Virus record (IMG/VR): IMGVR_UViG_3300031520_000176 | Location: 1 to 24,790 of that record | Source of the DNA: a virus | Taxonomy: Duplodnaviria; Caudoviricetes | Direction: 5' to 3' (one strand) | Length of the DNA stretch: 24,790 nucleotides | Shown here: piece after piece, positions 18,409 through 24,790 of the stretch | Numbering within the stretch: position 1 is the stretch's first letter | Layout of the letters: each line of letters starts with the position of its first letter | Position numbers and translations under genes: made by a program | The notes under the pieces: generated by a model | Databases searched by the model: none | Seen by the model: the letters and a program-made list of their open reading frames with translations, nothing else | Told to the model about the DNA's origin: nothing

Positions 18409-20271
18409 ATGGCCGCACCCGCTTTGCAGGCGAGGTACAGCGATGTGGTGAGCGACGCGACGGGGCGGCCGGTGGGCGGGGCGACGGTGTCGCTCTACCC
18501 GGTGCGGAGGTTTGCGCCAGGCGCGCTGCCCGCGCCCGGCGCCGTCCCCGCGCAGCCGCCCCTGGCCGTGGCCACGACCGACGCCACCGGGGCTTTCAGC
18601 GTCGAGGGGCTGACGCCCGACGACTATCACGTGCTGGTGCAGTACGCGCCCACGGGCGCGGCGCCGCAAACCCTGTGGCGCTACAACGTGGCTATTGGTC
18701 CCTACGAGGAGACCAGGCGGGCGGCGGCGCACGGGCTTGGCGCGGCGATCCCGCGCACGCTGGCCAGGTTGCTGGGCGGATTGCCCACCACGATTCTGTG
18801 CGTGGGCGACGAGGTGACGGTCGGCTACAACGCGACGGGCGCCCCGCGGGGCGGCTGGGTCGCGCGCCTGGCGACGAATCTGGCCGTGGCCCTGCCCACG
18901 GCGCGGGTGACCCGCTACGACCCGACCGGCTATGCCGCCACGCTCGACGCGCCTATCCCGTCGTGGACGGCCGTGGCGCTGCATCAAGGACCGGGGTCGT
19001 CCGTGCAGCAGGTGAGCGTGATCAATGCCGGGGTCACGGGCGACACGGTGTTGCGCGTGTTGCGCCGGATGGGCAACCTGACGGCCGCGAGTTGGAATCC
19101 TCCTCCGGATCTGTACATCGTGAGCCTCGGCCTCGGCGAGATGAGCGGTGACCCCACGCGCGCCGCCGGGGCGGTCGACTTCGGCGGGCAGCTGAGCGGT
19201 CTGGTCAATGTGTTGCGCGGGGGCGCCAGCGGCGGCGGGAACGGCGGCGCCGAGGTACTGCTCTGCACGCCGCACGCGGGTCCTCCCGGCTCGACCCCGG
19301 ACGACTACGCGGCCGCGGTGCGCGCCGTGGCCGCGGCGACGGGCTGCGGCGTGATCGACCTGCGCGGCCTGTGGCAGGACCACCTCGATCCCACGGCCGC
19401 GAACGATGGCTACGGGGCCTGGCTGGACACCTCGGCGGGGAACCATACGTGGCCGACCGACGCAGGGCATGCCGCCATCGGCGATGAGGTGTTCCGGGCC
19501 GTTGATCCGTCCGTGGCGCTGCCCGTCGCCGGTCTGCTGGGCGTGGGGGCCACGTGGGAGCACGTGCGCCTGCTCAATACAAGCGCGCTGCTGACGATGA
19601 CGGGCGCGTGGACGGTCTACGGCGGCGGCGAGGCGGCTTTGCTGGCCAGCCCGCGCGAGCTGCAGACCACCACGTCGGGCGACCACGTGACCCTGGCCGT
19701 CCGCTGCAGCGAGCTCTACATGCTGTGCCGGCGCTGGCGCGACGGCGGTCGGGTGACGGTGACCGTGGACGGCGCCGCGTTGGGCGTGGTGGACCTCTAC
19801 CGCGGCGTGCCCACCTCGACGATCGATGTGGCTGGCGCGGACGCGGCGATGGTCCCGCAGGAGCGCGTCCCGCTGGCGCTTGGCCTGTCGGATACGGTAC
19901 ACACGATCACGCTGCAGCTGAGCGCCGCGTCCAATCCGTCCTCGCAGGGAACCGCGTGGCGCTTCGACGCGCTGGAGCTGCTGCGGCTGCGGCAGGGCGG
20001 GCTGGCCGTGGAGGGCGCCGAGCCGCTGCAACGGGTGCAACGCGGGACGGCGCCGGTCGCGCTGGCCGGGTCGCCGACGGGGACGGCGACGATCACGTTC
20101 CCGATCCCCTACACCGGACCCCTTCCGGCCGTGATCGCGCAGAGCCCCAACCCCGCCTACTACACCGTCGTCGCGGGGATCGGCGCGACCGGCGCGACGA
20201 TCACGCTGGTGCAGTACGCCCACATGGCTGTGACGGACACGCAGCAGGTGAGCTGGCTGGCGTTCGGCTAG
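18409..20271 (+). CDS. Multidomain fibre/receptor-binding-like protein: carboxypeptidase-regulatory-like domain, degenerate SGNH domain, jelly-roll domain, C-terminal fibre-tip domain
   Basis: DATGRPVGGATVSLY...TTDATGAFSVEGL; ILCVGDEVTVG / INAGVTGD / WPTDAGH; VTVDGAALGVVDLY...HTITL; ATITFPIPY...PAVI...VSWLAFG. Confidence 0.7.
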   Translation: MAAPALQARYSDVVSDATGRPVGGATVSLYPVRRFAPGALPAPGAVPAQPPLAVATTDATGAFSVEGLTPDDYHVLVQYAPTGAAPQTLWRYNVAIGPYEETRRAAAHGLGAAIPRTLARLLGGLPTTILCVGDEVTVGYNATGAPRGGWVARLATNLAVALPTARVTRYDPTGYAATLDAPIPSWTAVALHQGPGSSVQQVSVINAGVTGDTVLRVLRRMGNLTAASWNPPPDLYIVSLGLGEMSGDPTRAAGAVDFGGQLSGLVNVLRGGASGGGNGGAEVLLCTPHAGPPGSTPDDYAAAVRAVAAATGCGVIDLRGLWQDHLDPTAANDGYGAWLDTSAGNHTWPTDAGHAAIGDEVFRAVDPSVALPVAGLLGVGATWEHVRLLNTSALLTMTGAWTVYGGGEAALLASPRELQTTTSGDHVTLAVRCSELYMLCRRWRDGGRVTVTVDGAALGVVDLYRGVPTSTIDVAGADAAMVPQERVPLALGLSDTVHTITLQLSAASNPSSQGTAWRFDALELLRLRQGGLAVEGAEPLQRVQRGTAPVALAGSPTGTATITFPIPYTGPLPAVIAQSPNPAYYTVVAGIGATGATITLVQYAHMAVTDTQQVSWLAFG

Positions 20272-20504
20272 TGGTTAGTGATTAGTGGTTAGTGACGAGT
20301 GAGGTAGGACGAGTGGTTAGTGACGAGTGGCTAGTGACGAGTGAGGTAGGACGAGTGGTTAGTGACGAGCGAGGTAGGGCGACGATGTATAAACGTAGCC
20401 GAGACGATGGTACCGCAACGGTACTGCCTCACTCGCCACTAACCACTAACCACTCGTCACTCGTCCCACCTCACTCGTCACTAGCCACTAACCACTCGTC
20501 ACTA
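20269..20504. repeat. Inverted heptamer cassette 8
   Basis: TAG then AGTGGTT/AGTGATT/AGTGACG units with a repeated GAGTGAGGTAGGAC block; right arm has the complementary units including GTCCCACCTCACTC; then SD GGAGGAG. Confidence 0.95.
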
Positions 20505-20521
20505 TCTTGGAGGAGTGACCG

Positions 20522-22546
20522 ATGAGACCCCTTACACCCGAGCTGGCGGCGGCGGTGCGGCAGGGCGCCGCGGTGCCGTTGGTGCGCCTGGAACTAGTCG
20601 ACCACGTGCCGCACTATGCAGTGGTGTACGCGGGAGGCCCCGTCGGGCGCAACGCCGCGGTGTTGGCCCTCGATGGAGCGGTGGCGCAGGCCTACCACGA
20701 TGGGGCACGGACGGTCTACGCGCGCCGGGTCGCGGACCCGACCGCAGTGTCATGGGGCGCCTGGACGGCGGTGGCGACGACGGCGGCGCCCGGCGCGGGC
20801 GTGGCTCTGGCGCGGATCGGCGGGCGGCTGCGTCTCTTGTGGCAGGATGCGGCGACAACGGGCGTCTACGCGGCCGAGTCGGCCGATGGCGGCCTGAGTT
20901 GGGGCGCCGCGACGTTGCTGTTCGATCCTGCGGCTGCCGTGTCCGCCCTGGCCGCCGACGGCGACGCCGCTACCGTGTTCGTGGCCTATCAGGGTGGGAG
21001 CGGAGGATGGCAGATCGCCGTGTGGTCACTGGCCGGGACCTGGCGCGGAGCCGACTGGACCAATGGCAGCGCCACGGCCGTCACCGGGTTAGGCGTGGCG
21101 CAAAGCCTCGCCGGGGATAGCTCGTACGTCGTCGCGGTGACGAGGCAACCGGCGCCGGGGATGGGCGCGGCGCTACAGGTCTGCGCCTACGGCAGTACGG
21201 GCGGCGGTACGGGTTGGGGCGCGACGCTGACGGTCGTGCCGGCTGACGCGAGCGCAGGGGTGTTTGCCAGCGATCCGCGCGCGGCGACCTATGACGGGCT
21301 CTATCACCTGGCCTACGCCGTGGTCGACAGCGGCAGCGTCGACGGCCTCCCGTCGACGCGCGTGGCGCTGTTGCACTCCGCGGACGGCGTGCATTGGAGC
21401 GATCCGTTGGAGGACGCCGCCACGTACACCCACGGCGCCACGCCGCTCAAACACGCGGCAGGCTACCTGCTGGTCGCGCCCGACACGGCGGCGCTGGCCC
21501 CCATCCCGCTCGTGGGGACCGCCGGCGCCGGCTACCGCGATTGCTCGAGCGACATCTCGCGGCTGGAGGTGGTGCACAAGGACGGCGACGCGGCGCACCT
21601 GGTGGTGACGCTGCAGAACCGGCCGCCGGATGGGACCGGAACGACCGGAACGACTGGAACCGGCGTCGGGACCTACGCGGGCCTGCCGGCGCTGCGGCCC
21701 AACGCGCTGTTGCGGCTGTGGTTGGGCTACGCCAGCGCGGGACTCGTCCCGGCGTACGCGTGCTACGTCGACGACTGGAGCTTTGTGCGCGCGGCCGATG
21801 AGGACGAGGTGGTGGTCACCGCCTCGGACGCCATGGCGTGGCTGGATCGGCAGAGCCGCGGCACGCTGGTCTACAGCGGACAGACCGTGGAGTGGTTGGC
21901 GCGCGAGGTGGCGGCGCGGGCGGGTCTGCTGTCCATCGTCGTGCCGGCGACGGCCCAGTTCGGCTACGTTGTGGCCACGTTCAGTATCCCGGCGGGGTCG
22001 ACGTGGCGTGACGCGCTGGTCCGGCTGGGCCGCCTCTACGGCTTCGATGTGGCGATCCGGGTCGGCGCCGACGGGGGCGATGCGCTGACCCTGTACGAGC
22101 GGCAAGGGACCGACGCGGCGGTGTGGGGGTACGGCGATGAGGTGGAGCAGTTGGTGGTTGCCATCAGCGCCGACCGCGCCAACCACGTGTTGGTCTTCGG
22201 CGCTCTAACCGTGGGGGAGACGGGCGCCGTGATCGGCGAGGCCTGGGACTGGGCCGACGTCGCGTCGACGGGACAGGAGCGCTACCTGCACACCGTCGAG
22301 CCGTTGATCGCGACCCGCGCGGGGGCGGCGCTGCGCGCCGGGCTGGAGCTGGCCCGCGAGGCGCGGCAGGGCCGCAGCGGCTCGCTCTCGGTCCCGTTGC
22401 ATCCGGGGTTGGAGGTGGGCGACGTGATCACGGCGACGGCCACGGACGGAGCGGCGCCCGTCGCCCTGCGCGTGGCCACACTGCACCACGTCTACGAGCC
22501 GCACCCCGGTACCTACGACACCATCCTGACCTGCGAAGGGCCATAG
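20522..22546 (+). CDS. Tail-tip hub (Tal/gp27-like) protein with N-terminal-half beta-propeller/BNR-like insert
   Basis: Asp-box-like SADGGLSW and SADGVHW; C-terminal half LVVTLQN...LRLWLGY...VTASDAMAWLDRQ...TVEWLAREVAARAG...NHVLVFG...PGLEVGDVI, typical of hub proteins. Confidence 0.65.
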   Translation: MRPLTPELAAAVRQGAAVPLVRLELVDHVPHYAVVYAGGPVGRNAAVLALDGAVAQAYHDGARTVYARRVADPTAVSWGAWTAVATTAAPGAGVALARIGGRLRLLWQDAATTGVYAAESADGGLSWGAATLLFDPAAAVSALAADGDAATVFVAYQGGSGGWQIAVWSLAGTWRGADWTNGSATAVTGLGVAQSLAGDSSYVVAVTRQPAPGMGAALQVCAYGSTGGGTGWGATLTVVPADASAGVFASDPRAATYDGLYHLAYAVVDSGSVDGLPSTRVALLHSADGVHWSDPLEDAATYTHGATPLKHAAGYLLVAPDTAALAPIPLVGTAGAGYRDCSSDISRLEVVHKDGDAAHLVVTLQNRPPDGTGTTGTTGTGVGTYAGLPALRPNALLRLWLGYASAGLVPAYACYVDDWSFVRAADEDEVVVTASDAMAWLDRQSRGTLVYSGQTVEWLAREVAARAGLLSIVVPATAQFGYVVATFSIPAGSTWRDALVRLGRLYGFDVAIRVGADGGDALTLYERQGTDAAVWGYGDEVEQLVVAISADRANHVLVFGALTVGETGAVIGEAWDWADVASTGQERYLHTVEPLIATRAGAALRAGLELAREARQGRSGSLSVPLHPGLEVGDVITATATDGAAPVALRVATLHHVYEPHPGTYDTILTCEGP

Positions 22547-22652
22547 TCAACGATAAGACATCGAATCTCTAAAAACAGTGTTGGTGTATCCCGGCGTCTG
22601 GGCCGGTGGTCCCCTGGCGAAAGACAGGTACTGTCAGAAAGTCGAATGGACG

Positions 22653-23609
22653 ATGTATCAGAGCAACGATGAGACCGACGATTTATGGGTCGACGACTGC
22701 GACGATGGGTTGGCGATGGGCGTTGTCTCCGGGTGGACCGGTGCGCAAGATCAGGATGAGGAGTGGCGCTACGATGTGGATGCGCGAGCCAGGAGGCAAG
22801 CGCGCGACGAGAACGACCTCCGCCAGGCCCTGGGCATGGAGGATGTCCGGGGCTACCAGATCGTCGGCCTCGACACCACCCTGGACGACATCGCGATTGC
22901 GGACGACGAGGCGCTGCTCGAGCTGCCCGAGCCGGAGCTTGCGCCGGCGTTCCCCTGCCTGGACGGACACCGCTATACCGGCTGCCTGGGTCTGGCTTGC
23001 CCCCTGGACAGCTGCTGGACCGGCGGGGCCACGGTGAGCTTCAGCGCACGGATGCGGGAGCGGACGCGCGTCTCGACCGCGGTCTACCTGCCGGGAGTTC
23101 CCTGCCACACCTGTGCCCATGTGCGTGAGGATACGGTCGTCGTACCCGCGCCACGCCCGGCGCCACCCCTCCCGCTCCGTGGGACCCCGCCTCTCCTCCC
23201 GCTGCCCGGAGAGCCGGTTGGGCTGTCGACTCCCCGGAGCCGAGAGATCAATCCGCGTGGCGTAGGGGTGCGGGGCGCCCTCGCGGGACAGGAGAGCAGA
23301 GGGCCTGTCTCACCAGCACGTCCTAAAAGGACCCTTTCCGCGGACGGGACCCCGGGAGAAGAGAGCGGGAGCGCATCGCTCCAGCGCGTCACATGCGGTT
23401 GCGGGCTCTGGGAGCACCCGGTCTCGCTGTCCTCGTTCGTGACGCGGCGCATCCCCATGCTCGACCAGGAGGCCCCGGAGCGGTGCCCGTCGCACGCCGC
23501 CTGCCCGAGTGGAGAGCCTCACCCCGCCGTCGTCGCGCACCTGGAGCGGCGGCGCGCCCGCGCCCGCGAGCGCCGCGCCGACCAACGCGCGTTGCGCGAG
23601 GGAGAATAG
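22653..23609 (+). CDS. Hypothetical protein with acidic N-terminus and Cys/His clusters (possible metal binding)
   Basis: Long ORF (track start 22578; ATG 22653 preferred, start uncertain); CLDGH..C....C....C, CHTCAH, CGCGLW, CPSH; basic C-terminus. Confidence 0.6.
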   Translation: MYQSNDETDDLWVDDCDDGLAMGVVSGWTGAQDQDEEWRYDVDARARRQARDENDLRQALGMEDVRGYQIVGLDTTLDDIAIADDEALLELPEPELAPAFPCLDGHRYTGCLGLACPLDSCWTGGATVSFSARMRERTRVSTAVYLPGVPCHTCAHVREDTVVVPAPRPAPPLPLRGTPPLLPLPGEPVGLSTPRSREINPRGVGVRGALAGQESRGPVSPARPKRTLSADGTPGEESGSASLQRVTCGCGLWEHPVSLSSFVTRRIPMLDQEAPERCPSHAACPSGEPHPAVVAHLERRRARARERRADQRALREGE

Positions 23610-24182
23610 GTGAGGAGAGACCGCGGCACATGGACACAGGCGGCAGCGCGCTTGGTTGCCCGCGTGCCGCCCGTCGTGGACCCTCCCCCTCCTCCCCCTC
23701 CCGACGCAGGTGGCGCCTCTCCTCGTCGGTGGACGTGGCCAGTTGACGCATGAACTGTGCGGCAAGGATTTGTTTCCGCACGATCCCGCGGCGATCCGCG
23801 CCCCGTAGCGTAACGAATGCCCCGCCCTGTTACCCGCGCCCCGACCGGTCGTAGGGTCAGCAGGTCGGACAGCTAGGCCCACTACAACGATTGATGTAAA
23901 ATGGGCCATTTGGCTTGTTCCCGGCTCAGTTGTATTACCGGACCAGTTTTGGGTGCGATAAGAGGCCCGACTGGACCGATAACAGGGTCGTTGATGCAGG
24001 CAACTGCGCTGATAAGGTCGATTACCGGCGCAGTTGTCCGCTGAGTACATGGCTGAAATGCGGCTAAGCGATAGTTACTCGACATACTCACGCGATATGG
24101 TCCGTTTTTACATCAATCGTTGTAGTGGGTCATCAACGCCGGAGGCGACGTGGCACTGCCCACCGTGTGCATCGGACGCAAC

Positions 24183-24790
24183 TCAGAGTCCGAAGGAGCG
24201 CGTCACCAGTTCCGTCAAGTCGTCCTCGCTCATGGATGTGTCGACGTCGATTGCGGGCAGTCCAAGTCGCTTGGTCTCCTCGCGCAGCCGGTCAGTGAAC
24301 ATGCGGTCCCGGTCGAGCAGATTGCGATAGGCCTGCGCTGGGTTTGAGGTCTTATCCGGGATATTCCATGTGGTTCCTCGGCTCTCCAACGCCGCCAGAC
24401 GGAACTCAGGCGTGGGTAGCAGCCACACGACGTGGCGAGGATCCGCCACTAGTGGCTTGACCAACGCTGGCAGCAACCGGAAGCCTTCGGCGATCACGCC
24501 GGTGTCCGACGGAAGCTTGAGCAGGTCCTCGATGATCAAATTGAACCCCTCGCCCCGGAACCAGTGAAATGTATCGAGCATGGTTTCCGGACTGCGGTTT
24601 GCCCAGCGCTCGTCCATATCCATGGACCTGAACTGTGCGAGATACGGCGCGTCCTCGTCCGCGGCGCGGCGGGCGTGGTCCGACATCACGTCGTCAGTCG
24701 CGTAGACGTTCAACCCGTGGTCGGCCGCGATGCGCCGAGCAATGGTCGACTTACCCCCGCCGCTGCCACCACCGAGCCAGTAGACGTGCT
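24183..24790 (-). CDS. P-loop kinase-like protein (shikimate/nucleotide kinase-type fold); partial, start beyond right edge
   Basis: Frame stays open upstream of the track ORF: HVYWLGGGSGGGKSTIARRIAADHGLNVYATD (Walker A), then VIAEGFRLLP. Confidence 0.8.
   Translation of the reverse strand, partial: HVYWLGGGSGGGKSTIARRIAADHGLNVYATDDVMSDHARRAADEDAPYLAQFRSMDMDERWANRSPETMLDTFHWFRGEGFNLIIEDLLKLPSDTGVIAEGFRLLPALVKPLVADPRHVVWLLPTPEFRLAALESRGTTWNIPDKTSNPAQAYRNLLDRDRMFTDRLREETKRLGLPAIDVDTSMSEDDLTELVTRSFGL

Noticed and set aside
18409-22546. Diversity-generating retroelement acting on fibre genes
   Set aside because: No reverse transcriptase and no template/variable repeat pair noticed.
23882-24091. 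Lower-GC stretch with small ORF (repeated PVI) and imperfect hairpin at 24001-24036
   Set aside because: No SD, atypical codon use and no U-tract; cannot be supported as a gene, terminator or ncRNA.

Overview
Very GC-rich bacterial DNA, plausibly Chloroflexota (inference from the GAAC-N4-GTTC box and protein style; not verified). The left part (minus strand) holds the 5' part of a winged-helix AAA+ ATPase gene, three tandem secreted YVTN/YncE beta-propeller paralogs with REP-like palindromes, and a frameshifted EVE-like pseudogene. The centre (about 7.9-22.5 kb, plus strand) is a single phage-derived morphogenesis and lysis operon: head-closure-like protein, C39-like peptidase-SH3b endolysin, LL-H-type holin, protease-scaffold-capsid fusion, decoration/fibre proteins, SGNH proteins, adaptor, Dit-like protein and hub/Tal-like protein. 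It starts at a near-consensus sigma70 promoter whose start site is covered by a perfect 22-bp LexA-type palindrome. No integrase, repressor, replication gene, terminase, portal or tape measure is recognisable. Eight of its gene junctions are filled by inverted heptamer-repeat cassettes running from a stop codon to the next Shine-Dalgarno. The best reading is a host-domesticated, SOS-controlled virus-like particle system (GTA-like candidate). The right end has a Cys-rich hypothetical gene and a partial P-loop kinase gene. All protein calls are by motif recognition only; no searches were run.
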